In this document: positions 49,757 through 63,755 of the stretch, piece after piece | Layout of the letters: every line of letters starts with the position of its first letter | How positions within the stretch are numbered: the first letter of the stretch is position 1 | Assembly (NCBI GenBank): GCA_973895155.1 | Contig: OZ316891.1 | Location: 19,679,048 to 19,743,047, forward strand | DNA: 64,000 nucleotides | From: Marsupella aquatica | Taxonomy: Eukaryota; Plantae; Marchantiophyta | Direction of reading: 5' to 3' | Translations under genes and position numbers: made by a program | The notes under the pieces: model-generated | The model's input: only the letters and a program-made list of their open reading frames with translations | What the model was told of the DNA's origin: nothing | The model's database searches: none

Positions 49757-52700
49757 ATGGGACCGTCTTCCTTTAGAGACCGGCTGAACGATAAGATTGG
49801 CTCTCTTTCTCTGCAGCCTGTGGAAGAGGTACCAACAAAGAATTCAGCAGAATTTTTCGGCTCTGGCCTCGAATTTGATGTGGGCAAACTTGTGGAAGCG
49901 AAGCATCGAATTACGGGCGGGGAAACGCATCGCTCCCTGGACGAGAAGTCGTTCAGTGAAATAATGAATTTCACTGATACTATCATGCGGCCCCTTCGCG
50001 CAATGGAAACAGTGAAAAGCTCGGACTGTCTGGAAGGCATGGTTTCGCCGAGCACGAGAGGGTGTGGTGGTTCGAGCACTCCTCGCTTGCAGCCAACTAT
50101 TGAACCACACATGATGGTGTCAGCCGGCTGGGAGGCCCTGCGGAAGTCTTTGGTTTATTTCAGAGGGCAGCCGGTTGGCACCATAGCCGCCTCTGATCCA
50201 ACGGAAGATTCTTTGAACTACAATCAGGTACGTCATCTCTCGACGTGCGACCACTTTACCTGAGTTCCATTGAAACCATTTTAATAGAGATCATCGAACT
50301 AATAGCTTCCATTTGCAACGAGACAGACTAATTTATTGCTCTCCAGATACAATTGCTTTATAGAATTCATTTGGAAGCAATGTCAAGGAAGTGAGTACGT
50401 TACGGTCGGATGTGGAGGGTTTTCACGGGTCACCCTAACCTTTTGCCGCTATTTCGGCCTCCGTGTCTTGCTGCTGTTGCTAGCTGCGCAGTCGAAGCTG
50501 CCTTGCTCCGATCTGAAGTTTTGACTACATGCATGATCGGTTGAGCAATTGTCACACCCAAATTCGTCGTGGCAACCGCATCGCTAACAGTGCAACCGAC
50601 CACCCCGCCTCCCTCCTTGCCTGCTCGTGTTTGTGGCAAAATTTCTTATGTTTATTGTCAGCAGATTGGCCCAGGCAGATTGAATTCTTGGGGAAATTTT
50701 CAGGAGATTAAGAGCTCTTCGTGTAACCTGTCCAATCGAGCTAACTGTTCTTGATTGCCTGGGTTATTCTTCCTTTCGTGTCAGTCCATTGCTTCAATTA
50801 GACCAAAGGTGCTTTATAGTGAAGTCTTTTGAATTGCTCATCATTTCCATTGTACGAATTATCCTACAGTGATCGACGTCATCAAGGTATACTGTCTGGA
50901 CAAGATTCTAACTGACGACTGTCGATTTCTGTTGCTATGCCTGCATAATTTCGTTGAGAAATGATGGACACTTAGGGTCTCAGGTGACCCTTGAGCGGGC
51001 CCTTGAGAGGTTCGGTTGCGAGGTAGTCGTCTGTCGGGTTAGATACGTTTCTTCTTTGTGCTGCTCTCTGTCCTCATCACTTCAATTTCACAAGACGCTC
51101 CGTTTTCGAGAGTTTCTTCTGCAGAATTCGTCTGGTCAGTATTTTAATTTGATCTTGAGAGTCTGAATGTACGTAACGCGAAGAGCTCAGAGTATTATAT
51201 GAATCGATGCCTTAATTAAACTTCAGCACATTGATTCGGACGCTATTTCTGTAATTCGAATCCAAACTGATTGGAGCCTTCAGTAGCACTGCATGCGTAT
51301 GCGTTTAAGGTTTACTTAATTCTAGGACTTCAGGCTGGGATTCTGCTGCTATTGAGGCTGTGTAAGACTTCGTTGAATCATTGATTGAAGGCGTTCAGTA
51401 GCACTGCATGCGTACGTATGCGGTTTAAGGTTTACTTCTAGTCATGGATTCTGCTGATATTGAGGCTGTGTAAAACTTCTTCGAATCATTGATTGAAACT
51501 GCATATGATCTCATTTCACTTCGTCAGCATTTTATGTTTGGCGACTGTGTCACTTCCTTCCAGTTTGCCGAGCATGCCCGTGAACGACCTTTGCTCACGT
51601 TTTCTCAGTTCTGGGTCTCATATCAGTTGTTGTTGCTTACCCAAGTTTAGACAGGTTTCAGTGCGTTTTTCTTTGATGGTTCGTCAGGATTCCTAGCTTC
51701 TATGTCAAAATGATGCAGCGCCTATAATACCGCCCCGATGACCGTAGAACATATCAATACCTACGGTGCACTTTTGATTGGAAATAATATTACCTCCCAG
51801 ACACAACTACCGCGAGAACGACCGCAACGACCGACGTTGCAAGTATAAAGCACAGGCAAAGGGTTCGGACTTGGCCAACAATTCTGTGAGGGATCTGCTT
51901 GCCGTTACGTTTGAAAAAATGAAGCGAAACTCAAACGGTGGACTACGTTCGGCGAATACAATTCTTCGTTAGCAGATTGAGCACTGTCTGAATTCTCAAC
52001 TTAGCAAGTAACGTACACTCGATGCATACGCGGGATCCGAGCCCAAGTTGTCTAAATGATTTGACAAAATGATTGCATGGGGTGCGCGCAGGTTTTCGTG
52101 AGGGACTTTGTTCCTAGCGGCTTGGCCTTTTTGATGAATGGCGAACCAGAGATTGTGAAAAACTTTTTATTGAAAGCGCTCCGTCTTCAGGCATGGGAGA
52201 AGCATATCGATTGTTTCACACTCGGCGAGGGGGTCATGCCCGCCAGCTTTAAAGTGCTGCACGATCCAAGCCGCAAGTTCGATACAATGATAGCAGACTT
52301 CGGAGAAAGCGCGATTGGGAGAGTCGCCCCCGTGGACTCGGGTTTTTGGTGGATCATTTTACTTCGAGCTTACGTGAAGGCTACAGGAGATTTCAGCCTT
52401 GCGGACATGCCTGATTGTCAACTCGGGATGAGGCTTATATTGACGTTGTGTCTCTCAGATGGCTTTGATACATTCCCAACACTACTCTGCGCGGATGGTT
52501 GCTGCATGATTGACCGCAGAATGGTATGCCACGAAATAGCAGCTGGAGATAGTTACATCTGAGTGTTGTTTGAACATGAGTTCTACCTATCGTCCAAAAT
52601 GAGTTCCTGTAAACTGAATATTACAGTTGTTTAGCCCTGTGAAAGTTGACATGTCGTTGTAATATCAATCTGCGCAGTTCTAATCCTCACTTTGCAAGGA

Positions 52701-54094
52701 ATTGTCAAGATTCAGATGTCACAACTCTCATTTCTGCTTCCAACACGTCAGACAAATTCAGAGATTCAAACACATCTCGGGTGTTTGTTCACTATGAATA
52801 TCCTGGGAATCTAATATCACAAATGAATCATGAAATATCAGGACTCAATCTACTTTCTGGACATAATTATCTGGAATGTGAACAGCTTTTCATATATGCA
52901 ACTGGTGTTTTATGCATGCAGGGAATTTATGGTTATCCTATTGAGATTCAGGCGCTCTTTTTCATGGCCTTGCGTTGTGCAAGAACCCTCCTGAAACCGG
53001 AAGCTGGAGGCAAAGAATTGTTGGAACGGATTGACAAAAGATTGCATGCCTTGAGCTTTCACATTCGGGGGTATTACTGGCTGGATCACCAGCAGCTTAA
53101 TAACATCTACCGCTACAAAACGGAAGAATACTCGCAAACAGCTGTGAACAAATTTAATGTCATCCCGGATTCTATTCCTGATTGGTTGTTTGATTTTATG
53201 CCTATGAAAGGAGGGTACTTCATTGGAAACGTTAGCCCGGCTAGAATGGATTTTCGATGGTTTACTATCGGTAATTGCGTGGCCATTCTATCGTCCTTGG
53301 CAACTCCAGACCAGGCTTCAGCGATTATGGATCTCATAGAGGAGCGTTGGGAGGAACTTGTTGGATACATGCCGATGAAGGTGTGTTACCCAGCATTAGA
53401 GGGGCACGAATGGAAGATCACCACAGGTTGTGATCCGAAGAACACCAGGTGGAGCTACCATAATGGAGGATCCTGGCCAGGTAATTTGTCGATCTCTCTG
53501 TTCAGAATGTTGATAATCTTCAAGTTCCTAACAAGCCTAAACATATATCCGTAGTACATACTGGAGTGTTAACTAGCAAAGCAAGCTTTGAAACCGTGGA
53601 ATACGTGCAGCCAGTACAGTATCAATTTCGCATTCTTTTGACAATTGAGTGCCAAGTCAATTCTACCGTATCCAGTCCAGTCACTTGTAGCATTAAGACT
53701 TGTCCCGGTCCATTAGTGGGAAATTTTATAAGGAACATTTATGACAGGTAGAGTCGTAGAGTTAGACCTGCTCTCATATTGCGAACAAATATTTGGTATT
53801 GCAGTTCTTCTCTGGATGTTGACCGCGGCCTCCATCAAAACGGGACGGCCCCAGATCGGGAAGAGAGCGATTGAGCTGATGGAAGCACGGTTGTCGAAGG
53901 ATGGGTGGCCAGAGTATTACGACGGGAAGTTGGGGCGCTACGTAGGGAAACAGGCCAGGAAGTTCCAGACCTGGTCTATTGCTGGTTACTTGGTTGCGAA
54001 GATGATGCTGGAGGACCCTTCACACTTGGGTATGATTAGTTTGGAGGAGGACAGGAAGATGAAGCCTTCACTCGTTCGGTCCGTCTCATTTTAA
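49757..54094 (+). CDS. CINV: Cytosolic alkaline/neutral invertase (GH100); 4 coding exons
   Basis: Exons 49757-50227, 52092-52523, 52922-53480, 53805-54094. Motifs [74 protein letters not shown]. No transit peptide. Confidence 0.97.
51269..51498. repeat. Intronic tandem duplication (~113-bp unit x2)
   Basis: TTCAGTAGCACTGCATGCGTA..GGATTCTGCTG..TTGAGGCTGTGTAA..GAATCATTGATTGAA occurs twice. Confidence 0.88.
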
Positions 54095-55525
54095 CTAATT
54101 TGGACACTCGAAACTACAATTTTTTTCAGCAGTAGTTACGCAGATGAGGTTGCTTGTACCGGTACAATTGTGCCACCTCTCTTATATGAGAGACACAGAA
54201 ATATTATCTGAACTCTTGAGGCTCGGGGCGACATTCTTGAGATCTCGAATAGCATGATCTTATTGGGCTTCTATTTCCGACACTGCTTGCCATCAAATTT
54301 CCTTTTACTACCTTGCATCACAGAAGCAATATCGGCCATGAGTTGTTTGAGGGTCGACACCCTCATATTTGCAGCAAAACTGGGGTGTGGGCGAGCCACT
54401 ACTAAATCTGTTGCTGCCCACTAATTGACCTGTTCGCTAGGGGGACAAGCAAGGCTAACAGAGAAAGTCAGTGACGCAACTACCAGAGTCCACACGAGAG
54501 CTCCGCAAGGGATGGACATGGACTTCTGGGAGTCACAACGCAGGATCGAGCTCGGTTGTAGCTCAATCGAATCGAATTATAGCAGCGCAAATCGTGGCTC
54601 ACACGAACACAGCGTGTGTATCAATCCTGCAGCAATTCTGAACGACACAAAAAACCTAAACTCATTTTTGTATACTAGAGGACCCGATGGATGGCTATGG
54701 CATGATTCCTGGTTTGACGTCGCATAATTGCCCTGTGTAAGAGTCGTGAACCAAAGATGATGCTCATCACGCTGAGACTCGTGCCCACTAGACCTGCTTC
54801 TCAACTGCTCCGTCACTGCAAAATATCATGAGCAATTTTCTATCCACATTGGGTTCCAGGAGAAGTCCTTAACTTACATTCTCATGAAAGAAACAAATTA
54901 TCACGGTCTTTTAGAGCACAATATTTGACCAGATATCTGAGTCCAGCCAACATGGGAAATTAAAGGAAGATCTGCCAGTCTCACGAATTGTTGCATGGGC
55001 CCTCATGTTGTCAAAGAATGCATCATTCATCTGGCATATTCAAGAAGATTCACTTGATTCATTAAGTTTGACTTCAATCTAAGTTGCCTTGCTTTACAAA
55101 TTGTAAGCAAGACTATTCAATCATTATCCTGGAACCCCCTTAGGTGGGAAAGTGTAGGATGACCCATGGCTGCAAGGGGTTGATGGGATGTAATCTGGGG
55201 TGGTGAGCCCGGGAGGTCACAGCCATGACCCCCTATTGGTCATGAGTTAACAAGTGTAAGCCCTGAATTTAGTTTGGTCTATTTTCTAAACATTGCACCT
55301 GAAATTGGATAACCCTGCACTTGGGCTAGCCAGGCGCCAACATGTCTTAACCCCCCAACATCATGTCTTAACCCTAGACTGGGCTGGCAAGGGTGTTATG
55401 ACTCATAATCATCCATAGACGTACCAAGAGAAAACTACATGAGGGGTTTTACATTCAGGACAGCCTGTGATCACAAGGTTTAGCAGAGGAAAGGAAAAAA
55501 TACTTGACTGCTTTGCAAATTAAAG

Positions 55526-58100
55526 CTAGTACCTGACTTGAGACGGTGGTGAAAAACTTGCATATGCCTCCAGTATGGCTAGAACACAAAGCAAGACACA
55601 CATTTGTTGCTGGTGGCAGATACCTTGTCTTGGTTGTGTTTTGGGTGTATGGAGGTCATGATTAGGTGCAGATTTAACACGGAGTGGATATGTCTCATAG
55701 TGGGCATACTTTACTAGTCCGCAAGTCACAGAGTAACCAATCAAAACCATCTTCATCAGGGGGGCTTTACAAGAAGGTGGGGGTAGTTCAGTGTCTCTCC
55801 ATCCAAAGCAAACTGATGGCCATTTCCTTACACAAAAGTTAAAATGCCTAGCAAAAATGTGTCAGGTTTGGAAGTAATCAATGCAATAATTCCCTGAAAA
55901 GAAGCGGCCGTTTCGGGGCCGTTTGCTCCAAGTTTTTAGACCACCTCAAGAGGAGGTCCAAGTTTTTGACAAAAAAGGGGACCCACAAGGGGCCCACTGA
56001 GAGATGACCAGGTTAGGTAATTTTTTGCTTGATTGTGCCCCCAAGTTCATGTAAAGTGAAGTGTGGCCAGTTCCCACATATGAATGGTGAGGATTGCATC
56101 TTTCACTTAGAAAAAAAGGAATTGCTACCCCCAAGTCTTGTAAAGCCACCCTCAGTTCAAGCCAGGTTGGAACAAGCTTTTAATTCACAGCTAGGTTGGC
56201 TGCTTTGTACAGTTCTTGAAGTGAATGAGAAGTCAAATCCAATCCTCCACAAATTGCCAAAGGCCTCTTTCATTTCTTTATAGTTAAGGTGAATTAGAGC
56301 TTGAAAATTTATTTCAAAATAATACAATTGTCAGATTGCAACTCAGACAGCTCGATTGTTGTCCTCTTGTTCTTGTAAAGTTCCCCTCCAGCCAAATGTG
56401 TGTACCTGGAACTTGTTCCCTGCCAGTAATCACACATCAAAATGTGATCATATATGATGTCCACTCATTCATTTAAAGAAAATAATAAGAGTATCATGGT
56501 CAGGAGTGATGTGGTACCCAGTATATGTCATACACAATATATACCATATTGTGATGTACAGTTACCAAACTTGTTATTATTGCCTATGTCATCAAGCTAC
56601 AGCCAACTAATAAGAAAAGGGCTGCCAGTTTGCCCTGAACACGGAAAAGTAAGCCCAGATGGACCGCCGTACTATGTTTGACTAACAACTTGGATGGACT
56701 ACTGCAACCTGGATGGACCATTTTCTAATGTTTCTCAGAACTTCAATAATATATTTCTATGTATAAATGGCCACAGTTTCCGGTATCAAAAGCTGCTAGT
56801 GTATGTGGTCAAACATTGTGATTTATCCAAAACATCAATTTCAGTGAGAATGGGCCAGTGTACCAATGTGGGCCAATGATGGTGCCTATTTGGAGCAGTT
56901 CAATCATGAGGGTGAGCCAATTTTGATGCACTGTCGTTTCGAGAATTCGAGGGCTGATGGAACAAGAGTTCATAATGCTAATTTATCAATTATTACGAAA
57001 CTCTCCCAATCCTTTGTGGAGTGTAACCCAGCTCTTCAAGAGGTTATGGGCTGTGTAATACACCAGGGGGTCACAGGCCATGGCCTCGACACAGGGGACT
57101 CGTGACCCACCATAGCTATCCCCAAGAAAAAATAGTTGATGTCTTTGTGATGTCGTGGCTCTCGGAATGCCTTGTCGATTTCCCCAAATTCCCACTCTTG
57201 CTCGTGACCAGCCACTGTACAAGCTTCCCCGAATTTCCTCGTCTCTACTGTAGTAATTATTAGCCCGAGCATGCTCCAAGGCTCCATTGTCGCCTCACTG
57301 ATCTCCTCCAAAGCTGTCTTCTTGTTTGGGAAGAAAATATTGGTTGCCATTATAAGCTGCACTAATCTACTTCGACAATCTCGAGCTTATCTCGAGCTCG
57401 TTATGGCACCAGAAATAGGTCTCAGGACGCTGCACAAGGGAATAGCACACAGCCACGAGTGAAGCACATGCTTTTTTGAAGAGTTCTGTTCTCTTCTTCA
57501 ATGCATCCTTCTCCATCTCCTGACTTCCTACTCAGTGGAGATTTACGGTCAAAGAGCAAGGTTGTGAAGGTCTTTCGAGTTATTCCTGTCAGATTGTTGT
57601 GTCAGTTCCAGGTATTAAGCTTGTCGTCGATAACCTCTCTTATCTTCTTCTGTCATGCTTCTTCGAGGAATTACTGGTCAATGTCACCTCCCCATTCCGT
57701 CTTTCTTCAACGGATTGTGTCACAGTTCTTCAAGTCGAGGAGAAGAGTCACATCGGTTCATTTTAGTGTCTGATAGAATTCGAATATGGATTGCATCGGT
57801 CATCAGCTCGGCAGGGTATTGAACACTGGTTGGAATGGTTGTTGATTTTCTGTTGACCCTTCCAGCTCTTACTGATCTCTTAGAATATGAAGCTCTGTTG
57901 GAGGGACTAAGCAATCTACCATCCCTGATTGTACATTAGCAATACTACGATTTGTCCGACGGAAAGAAGACTGTGGATACAATGGATTGAACCAATCAAA
58001 GGAACCAATGGTAGATCCTTGTGACATTCTAGAGATCATAGATTCAGACCTGCTCACAGATGCCCTGTCCCAAGAACATCATCACTCATTTACCACAAGC
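55526..58100 (-). pseudogene. Decayed multi-exon gene of unknown family, interrupted by a MITE
   Basis: Protein-like frames broken by stops and frameshifts (EKDALKKRTELFKKACASLVAVCYSLVQRPETYFWCHNELEISSRLSK*; ORF 57362-57036). Removing the MITE and one TSD rejoins KLVPTWLEL to MKMVLIGYSV in frame. Confidence 0.45.
55759..56151. mobile_element. MITE, second copy of the 26375-26779 family; TCA target-site duplication
   Basis: GGGGGGCTTTACAAGA ... TCTTGTAAAGCCACCC; TCA at 55756-55758 and 56152-56154; internal sequence co-linear with copy 1. Confidence 0.94.
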
Positions 58101-58409
58101 GATGGACAGAATCGTTAGAGCAACATTAGAAACACCAGAGAATGAACAATGTTTTATCTAGTTTCCCGGTTGACTCGTTCTGTGACTAAAAATTACTTGC
58201 CTCCTGCAGGGTTTCGTGAGAGATTTGCAGACAAATTCGACACCATTCGCTCGATTGCGTGTCACGCCTTCGTTCCTCCGCACTCACACAGGACGATAGC
58301 CGAGCTTTTCATGGCGTCAACTCGTTAGCCAGATCCCTAAGGAATTCTCCATCCGAGGTCCTAAGACGAGAGACTAGCAGGCTATAGCGCAAACAGCTTG
58401 CTTGAACCA

Positions 58410-61400
58410 ATGGCGATACCCAACTACAATTTTGGACTCGATCTGGGTCTGGGTCTCGGTTTGGGAAATAATCTGGTTAGCAGTGGTAGGGTTGGGTCTC
58501 TGGGATTAAAACAGAGGGAGGGGCCAGGGAGGAGGCTGCAATTAGAGTTGCAGATATTCCATATCTCCCGCAGGTGCGTTTCATGGAGCAGCAGCTGGGG
58601 AGGTTCGTTGCAGCTGAAACCAGCCGGCAGCAATGGGGAGGCCGCCTGCCTTGGTGGAAGTGGTATGGGACAGGGCCGGAATATTATGAACATTGGGTTT
58701 GATAGTGCAAATCGATCCGAGAAAAGGTAGGTAGGTGAGTGGGGAATCCCCTCGTATTCTCAGTGTTTCCCTTTGCCAGGTTGGGAAATGAATATTCAGG
58801 CAGGGTCGATGGGGCTCCAACTGTTGTTTAGGAAAGATAAGAGGATCCAAAGCCTAAGTGGTTTTTTGACAGAAATCCTTTGAATGCAAGAAGTTTGCTT
58901 GAAATCATTTTGACTTCATACTGACAATGACCACGTATTGTACCGGTCAACCCACACCAGAGCCACCGGCACAAATTTTGTTTGATCTGAATGAGCCAGA
59001 TGGTATTTCACTCTTCATTTAAGTAGAGATAACAGTGAATGAGATGCACTGTGATGATTTGTGGGATCTAAAATGAGTGCAAGAGTGACATTGAATTTCG
59101 GCCGGTTCACCGAGAATGACTGCGATTAGTGAAATGTAGGTAAACGTGTTTGCTCAGCTGAAACGAGTAAATGAATAAATCTCTGATGAGTTGTAAACTT
59201 TAATGAGGGCAGTAGAGATGATGCTTGGTACCTTAATTGGAAGAACCATTGCGGAAACGAAATTTGGAAATTGGGTGTATGGTCAGATTTGAAGTGAATG
59301 GAATGCTGCAATGCAAACCTTACTAACTAGTGAAATCATTTTGGGTTTCTGTCTAGACTTTCCTCTCCACATCAAAGCCGAATTGCCTCCTCGAAATCAT
59401 CTTCATCATCTGGATCACGAGTAGATGCTAGTCATGAGAACCAGGGGAAGGACTTGAAACAATACAATGATGACAATGGAAATCTAACCAAGTTAGAAAA
59501 CCAGAGCTCCTTCGGGGAATCTGATACTTTTTCTGGAAGTTGGGAGAGTAAGCAAGGCCACGTCGAGCCTGAATTTGATGAAAGGAATCATAGCAGCCAA
59601 GATGCCTGCACTAGAAACTCTGAAGAGTCCTTCGGAGAAGAAAACGGGAAATTGGGCGGGAGAGTTGTTGATGCTGCTCGGGAAGAAGACTCATGGACAA
59701 GAGAGGGAAGTACAAGCAATGACAGCTCTCCCTCAAGTTCTGCATTATCAACTACTGCTGGAGTAGCCTCAGTCGGACTCAAGGAGCCTGTTTATGAGGT
59801 GCAACCTATTGTTAAATATGCTGCTTGACTAAAAACTGTTAATCTGGGTACCACATTCAGAGGTTTGGTTCTAATTATTGGAAATCCTGGCTTTGTGACT
59901 CTAATTACTGAGAGGACCGGCGTGCAGGTTGAGACTGGATTTTTTTCGCTCCGATATTAATAAGGAGACTTGTATTGCTTCCAGGTGATAGAAGTCAGTC
60001 ATTCCTCAAGGACAGTGAAGAAACTTGTCAGCCGAAGGCAACTTTTAAGAACAAGTGGTGAGAGCATCTTTTCAATGGTCATTCTGGGAATCATTTGTTC
60101 AGTTATTGCCGTCAGGCCATATGCCTCTAGGATCACCTCTCTTCGATTCTTGTCGAGTACCAAGGCAATTTATGAAAGTTTAATGTCACGTTGAAAGTTG
60201 TGTCGTCACTAACTGCTTGAAATTTAGACTAGATCCTTCGACTGCCTTCTCCCTATGTGTCTTGAAATTTGGTTTCTGTTCATTCTGGTGACTAGAAGAA
60301 GTGTCATTTCTTGGGTTTTGATCAGGCCTGGTAAGGCCGGATAGACGCTTGGATGGTTGTGCAATTCACATGCTAGATTGTTATTGGAGTATCGGCTGTG
60401 AGCACGTCTAGATGACTGTTAAGGTTGAAAGCTGCTCCGCAATGAAAACTCTCTTATGTCAGACTGATTAGGGATCGCGGTCAAATACTGGAACTTTTTG
60501 TGTTAAGGGTTAAGGTTGCGGGATCTTCGAAGGGTTGATCCGTCATTATGGGTCACAAATTCAGCACCTGCTTTGCTGGTAAGTAATCCAGAAGACTTTG
60601 TGGTTTGCTTTTGGACATGTCTTAATGTAATTTATCAAATTTCTGAAGTTTGACTACAACTTCTTGTGTTGATGACGACAAAAGAAAGATAATTTACTAC
60701 GGTCCCAATGCCACCTATGTAGTAGAAGACTAAGTACATTGAACTAAATAGGGGACGGGGGTTAGAGCTTCCAACTAAAGATACAAAATTGGCTAGATCA
60801 CAAAGTGAACTAGACTGCCATTATCGTCTAGAACAGAAGAAGCTTAATCTCAAGCCTTGCAGTAGCTTTTTCCTGTAAAATGCCGTATATTCTAGTGACA
60901 AAGTAAGCAACGCACAGAGCCCCGTCTGCATATTGTACATTGGTCACTGAGTAGAACGATTAAAAGCTCTAAGCGCATGGAATTCACATTCCATCTGGAC
61001 TATATTGCTTCGCGTTCCCATTTTGAACCAAATGAATAATGCTGACCTTGAAAATTCTTCATAGAAGCATGTTGCACTCACCTATACGGTCTCCAACTAG
61101 TGATCCCTTCCTTCAACCTCTCGGGCACAGCTGCTGCCCAGGCCGCGAGATCTGGAAGAGGTCCTGACAATGCCAAGCAGTTGTCAGCTTCTGAGTCCAT
61201 CGTTTAGCTGATACCAATACTTTTACACCGAGGTTGACATTGGCATGTTTGGCTTTAACCAAGTAACATGTGTCCTGACGTACCTGACCTACTGGGTTGA
61301 GTATTTGCCGTGAGCCTGAGGACTGTTGTGTGCTGTAGGACAATTTCATGAAAGTCGAGCATTTTTTCCATGACTTATTTCAATTCACGAATTATTGGTT

Positions 61401-63755
61401 GACTCGTTTTGCTAAGAAGTATGTGATAGACTTCAGTGACTACAGGTCTCATAATGATCAAGACATTTAGTGTTTCTGGAATTGTAATGGTGCTAGAAAT
61501 AAAATTGACAAAACATGGACTTTTGCTCCGAAATCCAGAAAATCAGAAATTCATGCTTAATTGTCTTGGATTACAGGTTCGAGATCAAGCAATACTGCTT
61601 AATTTAGGGTCTCTGCGAGCAATAGCGACCACCCAAGAAGTGCTTATTTTCGATCACAAAAGGTATATGGAATTGAAACTAAACTCTCTGGGTGAGTCCT
61701 TTCCGATAAAGTAACAAGATGGAAGATGTGATTTCAGCTGCAGTATGGATGTCTGTGATTTGATTTAATTTTGAACGCCTTACGCTTTTTTCATGATTTG
61801 AGGTTGAGCTTGAATTCCTTTCAAAGTTTTGGGTTTGTTTGAGATTTGGAGCAAGCCAGCTCAAGTGGGTGCCTGGAAGGTTTCAATTAACTCTTAGGTT
61901 GTTTCACGTATGGTACAGTAAAGGTGCTCGATCATTCATTGACGCGCTGGTCCCAAGGCTGGATGACCGTCAACGTCAAAATGGTTCTCTTATCATGCCC
62001 TTTGAGCTTGAGGTACTCAACGATAATAATTGCTGGGATTTCCCAAGAGATTTCACTTTGGTTTCAGTTGGATTGCTGTGATATATTTGCATTGGATAAA
62101 ATGGCTGCATGATTACACTTGGCATCTATCGGTGTCTCCCACGCTTGGTCATGTGCACTTGATTGTTGTCCCTTCGTTAGGTACGTTAGTTTTAAAGTAT
62201 ATTACTTGATAGTTAAGTCGTACCACTATTGTTAGGGTAAAGGTCCTTAGGGTTTAGGGTCGAGACGTGTCTGAGAACTTTTACCAACGAGGAGTACTTG
62301 TGGGTTGTGTAAAAGGTGATTGAATCAGCGCTGATTTCCAGGACTCAACGATTGGAGAAAGCACTGATGGATGTTGAACCTCGTGTAAGTCTTAAACCTA
62401 GTTATGACCATAAAATGACCTAAGTTTTAGGTAGTCGGGTATGACTACTTCTGCCCCTTTTCTGATGGTTAGATTGCTCTCCTTGTCGATTTTGTTCACC
62501 AGTGCGGACGCTAAAATCCCAATGGGCAGCCATTGTGGTCATTGAATAATTTGACATTATCAAGGGAATTTCAGCTTGCATTTATTTGAGACTAAAAGCT
62601 GAACCGAAGTGCATCTTTGTCCCAGGTATTAAGACTATTGGAAGTACTTCCAACGTGTATGACCGCTGATGTGTTGGAAGATCTTCGTGTAAGCAAGCAA
62701 GCACTGGTATGTCTTCTCAGCAATCTCGGGCATTCTTGCTCATTTACTGTAGAGGTTGCCCACGTAGACGGTCACATCCATTTTTGGTACCCCTTAATTT
62801 AAAATATCACGGTCATGGAAATTGTTATTGGGGATATCTGTGTAAAGTAAGGCGTCTCTTGCAATAATTGGGCAGGTGGAAGTTGGTTCAAAGGCTGGTG
62901 CATTGAGGCAGATGTTGTTGGAACTTCTGGAGCATCCACATGATATCAGGCGTATGGTCATTATGGGCCGCGGATGCAATCTCGGGAAAGATGGGACTAG
63001 TGTTGACTGTGTTGCTCCTGAAGATAAGCAGGTTGCTGAAGGTAGATGAACAGGAATTATGATTGAAAGTACCAGCTCCGAACAGAATTCTCCTTCCTGA
63101 TGTTTTAGCCAGCAGGGATATCCTTCCCTTCTGCAGAACATTGGTACAACGGCTTTTGACTGGCTTTGATCTGTTCATTTGCAGATGAGGAGGAAGAAAT
63201 GGAAATGCTTCTAGAGTACTATTTGCAGAGGTCCCTTCTCCCATACCAATACTTCAATTTCCACTGAATGGCCTATGAATAGTAACCCGATGATGGACTG
63301 CTTGCCGAAGTTTTGTTCTCTTTCTTCAGTCCGGCAGTCAGTCTTGCAAACATCTGTCATGACTGGATTTAGAAGTCGTCTTAATTGTTAGTGGGACGCA
63401 GATGTGAATCCACTCACGGACAAGCTATGAAACTGCTTTCATCCGCAAAAGAAATGGAGGATTCAATTGCAGTCAACTTAAGGTGAATTGGAAGTTCTGA
63501 GAAACAGTTTTCTTTGCCATTTTCTTGCAAAGGCCTCAGGCAATTTTTCAAGACATTTGCATCTTGAATGATTCAAGTATGCCGTTGAACGGTGGGAAAA
63601 TATGCTTTATCTTCGACAAAATATATGCGAACCTTTTCATGGCACTGAGAATGCAATGGTTGACATCAACAGTTCAAGGAGACTAGAAGTAAGTCGGCTG
63701 GAGTTACTCCTACAAGTTGGGACTTTCTGTGCAGCCTTGGGAGCTCTAGTTGCCG
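58410..63755 (+). CDS. MRS2-11: Magnesium transporter MRS2-11/MGT10-like (CorA family, plastid type); continues past the window end
   Basis: Exons 58410-58726 (or -58573), 59357-59798, 59985-60057, 60508-60578, 61577-61662, 61919-62012, 62316-62384, 62626-62706, 62876-63041, 63185-63230, 63402-63482, 63673-63755. Motifs EPVYEVIEV, RDLRRVDPSLWVTNS, AILLNLGSLRAIA, MPFELEVIESAL, EMLLEYYLQRCES, SSRRLEVSRLELLLQVGTF. The GMN exon lies outside the window. Confidence 0.95.

Noticed and set aside
62232-62260. Telomere-like TTAGGG/TTTAGGG motifs
   Set aside because: Only 3 scattered units inside an intron, not a telomeric array.
63118-63130. ATATCCTT AT-AC donor motif in MRS2-11
   Set aside because: It lies inside an ordinary GT-AG intron whose boundaries are fixed by homology.
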